Positions 12,516-27,010 are shown, counted from the whole stretch's first letter. The stretch: DNA of 63,223 bases, filler included, from Reticulomyxa filosa (GCA_000512085.1; 22 parts of 22 records of this genome joined end to end with filler, not necessarily neighbours in it); one strand, 5' to 3'. Program-made: numbers and translations. The notes: a model not told the origin generated them from the sequence alone.

Positions 12516-13830
12516 TATGTCCACATTGTCACATATTACAAAAACTAAAAATATGATAAAAATAAAATATATACCTTGAAATAGAACTTTGATGATTGAT
12601 CTTTGCCATTTTGTGTGCTTGGAATTCAAATGATAACAGGATTATATGTTATAAGAGAAGTTGTTCGTGGAATACGCATTTGCTCGAATGTTCACTATAT
12701 TCTTTACCACTCATATTAATATTCATCACAACTCTGGTAAAGCTATATTTCTCGTATTGATGTACTGTAGATTGTGTGGATTGACTTGAAAACTTACCAC
12801 AAAGCAATCCACTTTTGAATTTTGATTACAATATACAAAAGAGATTGAATTTGATAACGGCACAATTATACTAGATTTTGTCAATAGATTGGATCAATAT
12901 CGTTTCTGTCATCCTCGGTGGTGACTAGTGACACTGGATACATTTTAATATTTGGCAATTCAATTGTAGATTTCTTCTCATATTTTAATTGACCATTTGT
13001 GGAGCCGATTCCAATATTACTGAACATAATTCCAATTTGTTTGTCTGCCAGCCATGTTAATAAGTTAATTATTTGAGTATCATATTGATCATAGACAGTG
13101 CACATACAACCAAAACACGACCACGAATAATATACCGACTCAACTTTGGGTAAATTGTTCATAACTCCTTACGATTTCTTCTGGACAATATTCTTTCTTA
13201 TTTCAAATCTATCTATATGTACATATATAAGAATAACACACCAATTGTATATTATTGAAGAAAGATAGAGGTAACTACTTGTTTCATTTAATTCAACCGA
13301 CTGATCTTTTTCTTCTTTTGATGCTATATTTGGCCACTTACTTCCAAAAAAGGCTTGGAAGCGCAGATTGTCCAAACGATATCTGGTGTATTTTTGTTGG
13401 ATTGGATGGTGCGATTGTCGTTGCTGTGAGTGTGTGGATTTTTTGATTTTATGTTTGAAATTGAGCATAGTGTTTGAGACGTTGGCAGCATAATGTTGAA
13501 TGTTAAATCAAATAATGGAATTACATGTACACAGGAGCTTCATGCAAATAACGACTGCACTTTATTTTTCTGTACTGGTACGGCATAGATGTTGGTGTTG
13601 CCAAAAGTGGAGCGATTGAATATAAGTTGGATCGAACGCACATAATACTATTGACAATCATATCCATTGTATTTCTTCTTACCAATAATTCAAACCACAT
13701 AAGTCCCAATTGAAATATTTGATCATTGCGCCAATTTCTTCGCCAAAGAGGATCCGAAGTTTTATTTCTATAATGTGATAATTATATTTCAATTTTTTTA
13801 AACAAACACAAATGATAAAAAAATAACTTA

Positions 13831-13858
13831 ACTAGGTTGGTATCCTCGCGCGGGCATC
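13831..13858 (-). mobile_element. Possible Helitron-type 3' terminus
   Basis: Minus strand reads GATGCCCGCGCGAGGATACC-AAC-CTAG|T: an isolated GC-rich imperfect hairpin just upstream of CTAG followed by T, within very AT-rich DNA. Confidence 0.3.
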
Positions 13859-14784
13859 AATTATTTTTTCAATAAAAAATTAAAAAATAATATTTATATT
13901 ATAATTTTTTTCATTCTTATTCTTTTATTTTTTTCACTTTCACTTATTATTTTTTTTTTCTATTTCATTAATTATTTTCTTATCATTCTTATTTCTTTTT
14001 TTTTCTTTCATTCATTATTTTCTTTATTATCATTTTTTTTTCTTATTCTTTTTTTTCAATCTTTTTTCTTATTTTCTTTTATTTTTATTAGTACTTTTTT
14101 TCATTCCCCCCATCTTAATAATAAATTGCCATTTTTTTTCCCCCCCTAATAATTCATTTCCTCTTTTTTTTCTTCCCACCCACTTGATACACAATTTTCC
14201 CCCTTCACATACAATTAAAAAAAAATAACTATCTTTCCTTTTGTGAACGATTCCTATACACACAAAAACAAAGACATATTTTATAATTGTTAAACAAACA
14301 AAAAAAACACACTCATAACTGTTCAAGTCACGATACAGGTCCATTTTTTTTTTCTATTAAATACACTTCAAATCTTTTTTTTTTTAAGGGAGTTGGGAAG
14401 CAAATAAATGAATATACACATATGTTTTTTTTTTAGGGGGAATTCCTATTTCATAACAAGAACAAACACATATTTTATTACAAAGTGATACATGTACAAA
14501 ATAAAAAAAAACATATACAAACCTTTTTGTTTTTTTGTTCAAACGGGGTAGACTTCAACCCCAATCATCTTTTTTTTTTTGTGTGTGCGTACGGAGGGGG
14601 GGTACAGATGAAGCAATCTTGGCAGGACGGGGGAACCTACATCATACAAATACAAAATGTAAATATATTTATAAAAAAAAATACNNNNNNNNNNNNNNNN
14701 NNNNNNNNNNNNNNNNNNNNNNNNNNNNTTAATTAATTAANNNNNNNNNNNNNNNNNNNNNNNNNNNNNNNNNNNNNNNNNNNN

Positions 14785-14823
<39 letters not shown>

Positions 14824-14825
<2 letters not shown>

Positions 14826-15776
14826 AGTGTGGTCGATTTTACTGGCGACTGCATTGTGAACGCTGCCAATGAGGGAATGCTGGGAGGCGGTGGGGTAGAT
14901 GGAGCGATCACTAGCGCAGGGGGGGATATATTGGACACATTGCGACGAAAAGTGCCAGTGATCCCAGGGTCTCGATTGGTCAGATGCCAAGTTGGCGATG
15001 CCAAACTTACGCAAAGCGGCTATCCGTTAAACCGCTTGCGATGCCGATATGTCGCGCATGCTGTCGGCCCCAACTATAGCGTGATGTCGATGGGACGAAG
15101 GCGCATGACCTTGGAGCAGATTGACGAGTACTTGTACGATGCTTATTGGAGGACTATGCAAGTTGTACACGAACACAATGAACGTCTAAGCAGCTCCACA
15201 ACTCCCTCGACAACTGCCACTACTACTACTACTACTACTACCACTACACAAAAAACAAAAACGTCTCGAGGGCGTGGCTATTCTTCTGAAGATTCACTTC
15301 CCCACCATACAAAAATTTCTTCTGTTGCTTTCAGTTTATTAAGTGCTGGCATTTTTCGTGGATCGCAGGTACCCCTCTTTTTTTTTTTTGCTGACTCATA
15401 CAAACGAAGTACTTAATATCAACTTATTCACTTTGTCAAGCTAGATCATTCATCATATTTGTGTGTGTATTGATGCACTCTTTTGTAGTCATTGCGTCAG
15501 GTGTTGACAATTGCCCTGCAGGCGGTTTATGCGAGTTTGGAAGAATACTACAGTGTCGATCAGGTGGTGCTGGTTGCTTTCACAAGCAGCGAATTGGATG
15601 AGTTGCTGCACTTGGCTCCAAGGTTTTTGGGACCTGGCATTTTGTATGACAAATACCGTCGATTGAGTAGTGGAATAGTGAAGTTCAACACCAAAAAAGG
15701 TTTTAGCTTGCAAAAAAATATGTCAGCTGCTCACAACCAGTCTCTGCGTGCTTCTCAAAATTCGGATGATGAGTAA
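14824..15776 (+). CDS. MacroD-type macrodomain (ADP-ribose binding/hydrolase), 5' truncated
   Basis: GDCIVNAANEGMLGGGGVDGAI, VAHAVGPNY, SVAFSLLSAGIFRG; intron 15369-15488. Confidence 0.92.
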
Positions 15777-16581
15777 CTTTTTAAACCAATTTTTGATCAG
15801 TCACATACTTTATGTACGTTTTGAAATTTTCTGTTTCTCATGCCCTAATGCTTGAAAAAATCATCAATTCCTTTTTTTGTTTGTCTATTGATAATTGTTT
15901 TCTCGTTATTCGTCAAAACGTTGTTCCAGAAGCATTTCTCATCTTTCACTTTGGGTTCATATATATTAGCCTAGTAAAAAATATAAGGATTTTAGGAAAT
16001 TTGCGTTTTAGATATTTAGTATTATTAAACTACAACGCCAAATTTGCTAAAGATGATGGAACTAAATTGATTTGAAAATATGTATTACTTTAACAAAATA
16101 AGATATCACAAAAATATACGATTAAAAAATACTTACACATTAGTTTTAAAAATAAAAACATTCACATATACATTTCCAGAATGAAAAAAATTAAATAAAA
16201 GTAAAAAAATACTTAGAAGCAAAAAGCTTATTTAAAAAAGTAGTAAAGTTTGCTTTTCATGGAGAGTATCAACTATCTCGGGAAAGTAGTATTTTATGTT
16301 TCCATTTTTTTAAAAACTGCTTTATTGCAAAGTTTTCATTTTTCAATGTAGTTTATATTTTTTGTAGTTTGTTTCTTTTGTGTAGTCTGTTGTACAGAAA
16401 CAGTCATTTGTGCAATAGCATATGTTTCCACTTGTGATATAGAAAGTAAAATAAATTATTTTTGTAAATGTGATACTTTTCGAAAATGTTTGTAAACAAC
16501 AAAAAAGCGTTTAAAACTAGGAAAAGTGTGGATAAAGCTGATCTTCTTCAAAATTTTGTTTTTTATGATCATAACAATTAT

Positions 16582-17959
16582 TTATCCCCAGAATCTAATG
16601 GTTTTATCAGTAGAAGATGACACAATCATATTACCATCTGATGAAACGTCTATTCCTGATACAAAGTTACAATGTCCTTTCATTTTTTGTATCTCCTGTC
16701 CTGTTCCAAAATCCCACAAGCGAATTGTATTATCGTTCGAGCTTGATACTATTTTTTCGCCATCAGGAAAAAATTTTACATCGCTAACAACATCTGAGTG
16801 CCCTTTCAGTCGTCTTATTTCTGTTCCCGATTTCGCATTCAATATTCTAATCTCCTTGTCATCTGAGCATGATACAATGCAAGCACCATCTGGGGAAAAT
16901 TGAGATCTTCTTACAGGACGTAAACTCCCATCAAATTCATGCAATAATGAACCATCATTCGCATTCCAGATGAAAATCATTTTTGTACTCGAAGATGATA
17001 CAATGTGTTGACTATTTGGTGAAAATTGCAAATCATTTGTCCAATGCACAGGTCCTTGACACAAATGTAGTAATATTCCAGACCTAGCGCCCCAAATTCT
17101 AATATCACGATCCACTGAACAAGAGGCAATCACTTGTCCATCTGGTGAAAATTGTACCATCGTTACACCGCTTAAATGATTCAGTACTATTTGTAGTTGA
17201 CCTGATTGAACATTCCACAATCGAACAGTTTTGTCTTCTGAGCATGACGCAACAGTATTTCCATCTGGTGAAAAGGTTGCATAATTAACCCAAGAAGAAT
17301 GTCCTTTTAATATATGAATTTCTTTTCCCGATTCTACATCCCATATTCGAACTGTTTCGTCGTCTGATGCCGAAACAACTTTGCGATCATCTGGTGAAAA
17401 TCTTACACTCGACACAGCGGACGAATGTCCACGAAAAACTTTTAATTCTTTAAAACGGATAACCTTTATAGTATTTGCTTTTTTTATATTTTATTTTATT
17501 TTTTTTTTTACTAACAATTTTTTCACACACAATAAACTCAAAATTCCAACAACAAAATATTAGAGGCACGAAACATAGAGTGAGATAATTTTGTTGAAAT
17601 CATCGATCCATCCCAAATGGATAGAAAGCAAAGCGGTCCAGTTCTCCACTATTATTGTTATTTCTTTTTCAGTCTGTTTTTTTTGACACAAAATGATTTT
17701 TTTTTTTTTAATAGAAAAAAAAAAAAAAAAAACAAATCAAATAAAAGTCAAAAATATTGTTATACAATAATCTTACCAAGTAAGGTGCTTCAATGTGAGC
17801 TTCTTTTTTTTTTTTCATTCCTCCACACAAATACATATCTTTTCCATATTTCGCTTCGAAATTACAATTCAAAGTAGCAGTAATTGTATCATACATTGAA
17901 CACACTTGCATATTTGTATTGACACATAAATTATTTATCAAATCATTGTCTTCCATCAT
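16582..17959 (-). CDS. WD40-repeat protein of an expanded family
   Basis: About seven GH...FSPDG...S.D.TIR.WD repeats ending IRFWG; upstream exon LGWIDDFNKIISLY; intron 17464-17574 and another at about 17665-17776; start uncertain. Confidence 0.9.
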
Positions 17960-18948
17960 TGCAACCGAATGAATTTCATCTTTGATTCCGTTTCTCTTTG
18001 GTTATATTTCAATTGTTGTCATTATCATTTGATAAAAGTATCATTTACTTTTGTTATTTTATCACACACAAAAAAAAAAAAAACATTGATTAAGGTATGT
18101 TTTTCAATGTCGTATTTCTTTCTTGCTGCCAATGATCTATAAGTTAAGAATCCCCCCCCCAGTATAGTCAACTGTTTTTAATATGTTCAAAAGAGTTATT
18201 TTTTTCTTTTGAAAATATACGCTTATTGTAATTTTCTATTTGAACAATCCAAATTTTTTTAATGAAACAAAAATTAGAGAAACACATTTTAAACTTAGTG
18301 ATATTGCCACAATCTTTGAAATGATTTTGGATATCAATTGTTCGCGATTCAATTCCAAAACAAGTCGAAATTTTAATAGTTTATAACAAACCAGTGTTAA
18401 AAAGTTTAATTGAAGAATGAAAACACGGCAAGTTTTCATCTCATTTTTTTTTTAGTACGTACTTGAGGTTTCCAACTGACTCTTGTCTTGCTCTCTTGAC
18501 CATAACTTTGCTATAACAGGTGTATTGTGCAATCTACCCTATTGTTACTTTTTTTCAAATGAATATCAATACCTGCTTCCATTGTCTTTTCAATTGGGAT
18601 TTGGTTTTTTCTGGGATAAAACGGTGCAGAAAACCCTTGCAACGAACAAACTTATTCAAATAGATTCTGCAACTTTGCATCTATTTGCATTGCACAGTAT
18701 TAATGTATCAGATTTATAAACTAAAAAGCAAAGATACAAATTCTTATTAAAAATTTGAGCGAAAGAAAAATACAAATGTATTGGTCTGGAAGACAAAACA
18801 ATGAGCAGCCTACCTTAAACTTATTCATTGCACTATTAGAGCAAGCATTTACAAATCAAAGCAACGGAAAAGTGTCTGCTTTTACTTTGGGGCCAGTGCC
18901 AGGCACCAAAACAAAGTTTTTTGTGCATTTTTGTCAAAGGGAGAAACA

Positions 18949-19883
18949 ATGACACAAACACCTGTAAAAACTGAAAATATCTCAAGTGAAGTGGCATCGT
19001 TGGTACAAAAACAAAGCCTGACAGATATTGATGGCAACGCCTTAACAATTATTTCGATACGCCCTTTGGAAAAAGAACGCAAAGAGATCTATAGCGCAGT
19101 GATCTCCGATTTGAATGAGGGAGAAGTAGTTGTTTGTGAATGCAAACCAAGCGATAATTTGGAAGACGGAGACTTGGTAGAAAGAATAATTGTGGTAAAG
19201 TTGGATGAAAAAGAGTGCAATAACATAATAACCGAATGCAAAATAAGTTTAGACGAATTTCCGCCATCAGGTTTAGTTGAGTACACATTTGACGAAAAGG
19301 CCGACAAAGCGAGGTGGTATTTGTCACAAATGTGTTTGGCCAGTTTGGAGCATTACAAAGGCAACCGATTTCGTCTGTGGAAAGAAATGATCGAAAAGCC
19401 TGACTGCAAAGCTACTTTTCGCCGATTGCTTCGCATTGGTGTCATTAACAGAATGTTCGACCATGTGGCATTCCCTTCTCCCGACCACGAAAAAGCGGAC
19501 TGGGAAGTTAGTTTTTTTTTGGGGGGGAAAGTTTTATATAATATGTGAACATAAAAATTTATTTGAATTTGTCTTGGGAATGCGACTTAATTGTTGCTTT
19601 TTTTTTTTTTGTTGGTTGATTGATGGGTTCGATGTTCGATTAGGTGAAAAATGACAGTGGAAAGATAGTTATAATGCCCCGTCCAATTCAAGGCCTAAGA
19701 CAATGGAATGTGAGCAAACGCGCTTATGACCAGATCAGTCCATTACTTCCTGGCGCCCCAACGGACAGTGAAAAAGAAGAGTATTGGAAGGCAATGCTGG
19801 TAAAGTTTAAAGAACAGCACGGAGAGCAAGAGATTGCTGATTTACTCAATGACAAGAAAACAGAGGAAAAAGAAGACGCTTAA
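18949..19883 (+). CDS. Hypothetical globular protein (about 265 aa), two exons
   Basis: Open frame from ATG 18949; phase-0 intron 19507-19643 joins DWE|VKND; complex sequence (TFRRLLRIG..FDHVAFPSP..W). Confidence 0.8.
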
Positions 19884-20704
19884 AACATTACTTCATTCAT
19901 TACACTGAGACTACCTTTCTCACCAAACAATGCCACTTTCGTTTGCTTGTCTAGATTCTTTTTTTTTTTTGTCCCTTTTTTTTAAGCTCTTTAAAAGAAG
20001 AAGATAGGAAAGAGAAAGTTGTTTCACTCGAGGGAGTTTTTGCACAAACATGAGGATGCATTTTCTTGTTAGTGCCAAAAATATTGGTGGATAAATCACT
20101 TTCAAAAGCTGACACTTTTTTCTTTGCAATGCCATCTTATGCTTTCTTAAAACATTCCAAGTATCGACACTCCAATTTCATTGCCAATGTGGTTTGATAG
20201 ATGGATTAGAGCAAATAATGAGACGGGTAAGAGGTTAGCTAAAAAAGCGGATATTGTAGTAAATTTTCTTTTTTAGAAAAAAACTTTCATTTAGAAGAAA
20301 ACGTTAAATAGTATTTTCTATTATGTGCAGTTTTTTTGATTGTTAATTAAGGAAATATTACACTATTTAAACACTGCAGGGATTGGATCTTTTTACGGGT
20401 ATTTTAATTATCATTTTTAAATTGCGTAGTAAACGTGCAATATAACAGATCTTATTTAAATTACTTTTTCTTTTAATTTAAAAATAAATGTTATATCATT
20501 TCATTGTATTATCAACAGTAAAAAGCGAGTTAAATTGCCCCTCTGTTTACGACTTATGCACTAATCGACAATATTTTGTATACAATGACAAAAAAGCTAA
20601 TATTTTTATTTCAACAGAACAAATATAATTATTTGTCTGCTTAGAAATGTACTTAGCTGGGAAACTACAAAACAACAGGGGAACAAACAACGTGAGGAAA
20701 TACA

Positions 20705-22307
20705 ATGTCTGAATCGGAATCGAAAAGTGCGTCCACGGACACTCTTTTGTCAGGGATTTCTTGTCATTCTGCTTGTTTCAGTGAAACACTTTCAACGTTA
20801 GTCATTTTCGGTGGGGAACATGGCGACGAAAGTTTGTGCAATGACATACGTCAGTACAATTTGAAAACGAGTCAAATGAATATTTTTTCATCCGGTCCGA
20901 GTTGGAAGGAAGCACCTTCCCCACGAAGTGGGCATACAATGGTTTGCCGCCATGGTTATTGTTATATATTTGGTGGTGATTGTGGTGAAAAGCAAAAAGG
21001 CTGTCACAACGATCTATGGGAATATGACATCGCAAACAACACTTTCCATCAAATGGTATTCAAAGATCTGGATCCCATTCCATCACCACGAACCAAACAC
21101 TGGTAAAAAAAATTTTTTATGCTTTTGTTATTTTGTACATTCCTCAAAAAAAAAAAAAAAAAGAGTGAGTGGGGGGGGGGGGATGAAATGTGCACAGTGC
21201 AGTGTTATGTGAAGTAAACGAAAGTGCATGTATGATGGCAACATATGGTGGTTGGAACAATGAAAAAGGATTCAATGATTTATGGTTGATTAATGTAAAT
21301 AAGAAAAAACAGAGTGCTCAGAAGACCCCTTCCAATTTCGAAGTGGAGCCATTTCATTGGCACAAAATCGACTTAAAGCAGCTTCCTGTGAGAATCTGGC
21401 ATAGTATGGAGTGTGTGGAGCGTCGAGAAACGGAGCCAGTCACCAAGAATGTTTCATTGATAATTGCAGGTGGAGAAGATGAAGAGTTATGGCTCCAAAA
21501 TGATATTTGGATTATCCAATGGAACGTAGATGTAAGTTGGAATAAATGTTCTGATTGGAAAGATTTGTCCAGATGGTCCGTGTTACATATCACTGACATC
21601 ACATTTTCGCCTAGATATGGACACACCATCAACTCCTTTTCTCAAACGTTTCAAAGTGACCTCTTTTTGATCGTGTTTGGAGGCTATGGTGGAGAAATGG
21701 AGGCACTCTGTGATTTTTGCTTGTTCATTTTTCAATTGGTAGGTTTACCTCTTTTTTAAAATTCTCTCTTTAAGACGTAAGGGGAGAGTTAGTTTATTTT
21801 GTTTATTTGTTGCAAAGATGAAAAAAATGAATTCAGTATACGATCATGCAAGAATATTGAACCGAAAGAATGCCTTTGTTTGACAAAATCCAATTTGGTA
21901 ACAAGCAAATGTATTTTACCAAATGGCCGATTTGGTCATACATGTACGGCTGCTAGAAATGAAATACGACCAATAAAAAGCACTGTGCAAGAAAATCAAC
22001 AACCATTGCTGAGTACTTTGAGTACAGTCGTCTACATTTTTGGAGGAAAGGATTTAAATTTTGAGCGATTTTCTGACGTTACGTGCATTGCATTTTTTAA
22101 ACTTTTTCAGAAACAAGGGTTTTGACATTTTTCATCGATAAAAAATATTCATTGTAGCTGTACCAAGTCAAGCTCGAACTCCCCCGACGGAAGAATGATG
22201 GCAATGATGTATCGCTTGAAAGTGTGCAACACAAGCCAAATATAGACGTAAGCACAAACACAGATCAAAGTTTGATTTCCACAAAACTGACTGCGGATCA
22301 ATCTTAA
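20705..22307 (+). CDS. Kelch-repeat beta-propeller protein
   Basis: Repeated PSPRSGHT / YIFGG / NDLW motifs; introns at about 21103-21198, 21743-21817 and 22078-22158 give a continuous frame ending ADQS*. Confidence 0.9.
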
Positions 22308-22717
22308 AAGATTTAGTCTTTTTCTTTTTTTTTTTGGATCTTTCTGGTCCCTTTTTACGACCAGCTCAACAAGTAAGAAAGTATTCGTATACATGTACAT
22401 CATTTCCAAGAACGAAGTATGCTTGGCCATCACACGCAATACGAGAGGTTTGTTCTTGAAATGTAACTGAACAAGATTTTAGAACGCTTCAAATTAAGAT
22501 TTTAGTATATCTTGTTGAGGAAAGTTTTAATTTTTCAAAAAATGTTTTAAATTTGTTATTTCATAATCAGTACAGAAAGAACCATATTTTGTTTATTTGT
22601 ATTGTGTAATTTCAAGCCTTATAGCAGTAAATTTTGCTAATTATTCAAACTTTACAGTCTCGAGTTTTCCAAAGCGAACGGCAAAAAGCCAAAAGGAGGG
22701 GGTTCGCGTTTCGTCCG

Positions 22718-23322
22718 ATGAATCAGAAATTAGGAGAGCGGCTATTGGAATATACTTCAGAGAAGAATTTTGTCAGGTACAATACCTTCCAAAGCCATGA
22801 AGATCCTGGGATAGTGACAGCAGTTCCAAGTGATGATGGCATGGTGGACGCGACCGGCCTGACAGAAGAAGACAGAAGAGCTTCGCTCACGAACAACAAC
22901 GTAAGTGAAACCGAGCCTCGCAAGGCATCGACATCGAGCAGTGAGATATTGAAGCAAAGTGTATTTGCAACTCAACTGTCGGCCAATCAAGTGTTGTCCC
23001 GCAAGCGCGAGGAGTATTTGGCTATAGCCTCCGAGGTTTGTCATGCAAAAGTGCAAGGACGTCCAAAAACAAACTTTTTTTTTTTCTCTCCCATTTTCGA
23101 GCATAGCTTTGGAGAACCCATTAACATTTTAACATATACATGTACATATATGTTAAAATGTTACAAATGTAAACGGAAAAAAAAAAAAGATGGGATTTGA
23201 TATGGACGCAGCGGAAGCAGCGTTTTCGACAGCGTTGAGAGAGCACAAGGGTGATTCCGAGACCATTCGTTGGGAAGAGTGTGTGGACTTGATGGTGACT
23301 CAAAACTTGGAGGCTCTAGAAG
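22718..23322 (+). CDS. Protein with UBA-like motif (3' truncated)
   Basis: Intron 23036-23189 joins IASE|MGFDMDAAEAAF; MGF...A..A is the UBA signature. Confidence 0.55.
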
Positions 23323-23422
23323 NNNNNNNNNNNNNNNNNNNNNNNNNNNNNNNNNNNNNNNNNNNNTTAATTAATTAANNNNNNNNNNNNNNNNNNNNNN
23401 NNNNNNNNNNNNNNNNNNNNNN

Positions 23423-25500
23423 GTGTGTTCTTTTGGTTGAGTATGACTTTTTCTTTAATACGTGCTGGTCAACTTTGACATTGCTTGATCAGCATAGATA
23501 AAGCCAAATCTTTGTGCGATGTTGTATGATTGGCTAGCAATTTGTGAGTGGGTCCGGAAGTATAACCAACAAATATCCATATACTTTCGATGCATTTATA
23601 TACAATAGTTGGCGTTGATAAAAAAATGAGCAGCAATTGAATTAAACGCATGCAGTAAAAATAGTGCATTGTGGACTGCATTACGAGCAGTAAATTTCAT
23701 GCATTGTGCACTTCTTTTTGACGTCTTTAATACCTCGAATTGAATCAACACCATTATTTTACAAGAAGATGGATTACAATGTAACTCAAATCCACACGAC
23801 ATTCGCTTGACTGTTGGTATCCACCCATTACATCGTTTTGTATTCGCAATCAAGTAATTGGTTAAATATATTCGTATCCTTCATTCTAGTGTGATCGTAA
23901 TAATAACCTTTCCACATATCAACACTATGTTATCACATTTTTTGTTATATCACATGTTAAATTCACTTCATTTGATGTAAATATCAACAAAGAATAACCC
24001 ATGCTCGAAACTGCCACAATTGGCACTGCAAAATGTAATGTACCGATTCTTTCTGCATAAAAGACTATCACGCGTATCCATTGATAATAAATATCTTCAT
24101 CCTTCTTCACGCTTGAGAACTTATCACAATTTTGTCGTCGTTGTTCATCTTCAATAATTTTGCGATACTTACAATTGTTAACGGATATGAGCACTATAAT
24201 TACTGTTGCATAACTCCATATGCGTTTCGATTTGTCTTTGACACTTGTGGTATCAGTTTGATAATGCTCCATTTACTTTGCAACCGGTGGTCTTTGTTGA
24301 TATACAATTGTTTTCATTTGTGCGACAGGCCCATTCACCATCAATATAATTAATCTGTGGAATTGGAAAAACACGCAGATTGGCACACTCTAAAACGATT
24401 TTTCAATAGCTATAATTGCCGTGACAAATTGGCAGCTCGCAACACGCACCGTCTTCACAACTATAGTACAAAGGCGTGTAAAGATATTGCATGATGTGTT
24501 GTTGAGAATACCGATAGAGTTACCGTTTCTCTTGCATTGGATTTGTGTCGATGATGATACAAAGGGTACAAGCATAGTATGGACTGTCGCTGCGGATTCA
24601 GAAACAACTTTCAATAATTTCATGTCGCAATAACGCTCGTACATTGGACTGATCGAATTAGCGCAATAGCAGCAATAACTGCAAACCAAAAACCAAAAGT
24701 TAAATATCTTTTCTGCATCCTATCACTTGGACGTACATCTAGACATGATTGGATATGATAACACGATAAAGCGCAACGAATGAAATAGCGAATATCATAA
24801 TATGTGACATATTTTTCACGATATGTTGAAAAATTTGTGCAAGGCGTAGTTCGTTTTGATCAGCGCATGCACATCGAAAAAGACTGATGACCGAATATAC
24901 TTGAGCGCGATGGATAAAGAGGTCCACAGTCGGCTTCACAACAAAATGGTCATGTAGAAAAATTTGTGGCCGATGTCGGAGGATAGCACGGACATTGATT
25001 TATTGAATATATCAATGTGAAAAGTCCTGTAGGTGGTTGCATATGACAGCAACATGAGTGGCGTGCTGAAGCGCAGCTCAACTGACGCACTATACATGGA
25101 TTCTCAAATCCAGACCTCTTTGCTTCACTGCATTCAAGGCAGATCCATCGTGCTCATTCCTCACAGCGAAATAATTTTGGTGCAATTTGAAGAAATCTTT
25201 CTGGATATGGTTCGACTGAGTAATATCTCCAATATTCAAAACGCCAGCTGTTTCGGCCGGTTTGACAAGTCTGTAAATCACAAAACAACGTATCTCAATG
25301 ACAACTTTCTATTTTGTTTTTTGAATTACAAGAACTGCAAACGAATGTGCGGCAATCTACAAAGTCTTCGGGACATTTGAACTGACCATTCCAATTTCTT
25401 AGATCGCATCAACCTGTAACAATTTGATGATATCACATCTCTTGACTTCATCGCGCTAATGTTTCACATGAGCATCAACGTATACTTTTTTCATCTGCTG
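23423..25500 (-). pseudogene. Unidentified decayed coding-like sequence
   Basis: About 2 kb of moderate-GC, complex sequence with only short ORFs and many stops; no family recognised. Confidence 0.3.
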
Positions 25501-26186
25501 CCTATATGTAAAAAAAATGATTATTTTATTTTTACAAAAAAGAAATTATGGAAAATCACATGATATCAAAAAATTGAGAAGAACGTAGAATGTGAATTGA
25601 TTATTTTTCGATACTGAACTTGTCGTTGAGTATGCTGCTGTCGCTTTCCATTCATATTTTTTTATTTTAAACAAGTCAATTTGAAAAAAAAATAAATTTT
25701 TTTACTTAACTTTTGTTTTTAGATCCACCGGATCTAATATTTTGGAGTCATAGCTCCAACACGAAAAAAGTTTTTTTTTCTTTTTTTTATCAATCATTTT
25801 TAATTTTTTCTTTTTTTATTTCAACACCTTTTTTTTCTTATTTCTTTCTTTTTTCTTCCCCCCTTTTTCTTCACATCTTTTTTATTCATACTTTTTTTTC
25901 CCATTCTTTTCTTTTTTTTTACATCATATTTTTTATCCACTTTCCCCTTTTTTTTCCATCTCCCCTTCTCCAATTTTTTTTTCAAAAAAAAACATTTGGG
26001 TCCTGGTGTATCTACATAATCACACCAAAAATGTCTTAAAAATTTTAAGGTCAAAAAAAAAATACCTGATGTGTAGTTCACGCTCCNNNNNNNNNNNNNN
26101 NNNNNNNNNNNNNNNNNNNNNNNNNNNNNNTTAATTAATTAANNNNNNNNNNNNNNNNNNNNNNNNNNNNNNNNNNNNNNNNNNNN

Positions 26187-26978
26187 TTGTTGTTGTTGTT
26201 GTTGTTGTTGTTCCGATTGCATTGCAAACGTTGTGCCATCGCCAATGCCGTTGGAATTCAATTGCAATTTATTGGTCGTGGTCATACGTGCATTGTGCAA
26301 ATGATCGTGAAACAGTTTGGGTGATTCCAACTTTTTGATGGTGGGTCTGAAACTGGATGAAACTTCGGCGCGTTCATTTGACGCGATTCTGTCTTTGTCG
26401 TGAGCTTTAACTTGTGAGGATATGGTTCCATTCGAATGTTTCCCACCTTCGCCTCGGCTTGTCGTCTCTTTGCAAAGCGACGTATTATTTTCCAAACGCT
26501 TGTGGTCCCCTTCCGACGAGTGTTCGGCGCTCTGATAGGATTGGCAAGACAGCATATCCGGAGCCTTCATGTCCACGTCCGCGGATGGCTTATTGACATT
26601 CAAATGGACATTCGACTGTGGCACCAGCGAGGCACAAGCCGCGGGCAAGGAGTGCGGTGATTTCACGGCGCCATTGACAATCGGACAGGGCATAACCGAC
26701 GGGATGACTGTGGCCGTGACGGCTGCGGACGTGGCTATTCCATGCTGCAGCTGTTGCGGCGCACACGCACTGTTGGCGAGTTTGGGATAGTAATTCGGCC
26801 TGTGGACAGGATCGCGGAACGAACGTGTCGACACAATTTCGGGCATCAGACTTAAGCGCGAGGTGTACGGATGCGACGAAGCTAAAAAAGTTGGTGGCAA
26901 TATGACGGTAGGTTGAAAAGGAGACGGGACAAAACACGTTGAGGCTGCTGGTGTTGTCGTATTTGCAGTCATTGTTGC

Positions 26979-27010
<32 letters not shown>

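Noticed and set aside
12540-13750. Decayed glucoamylase or S28 peptidase gene
   Set aside because: Only vague motif resemblance (TWLADKQIGIMFSNIG; HNLQYINT); cannot support a call
23423-25500. POT1/TEBP-like OB-fold pseudogene
   Set aside because: Similarity limited to a few residues; not distinguishable from chance
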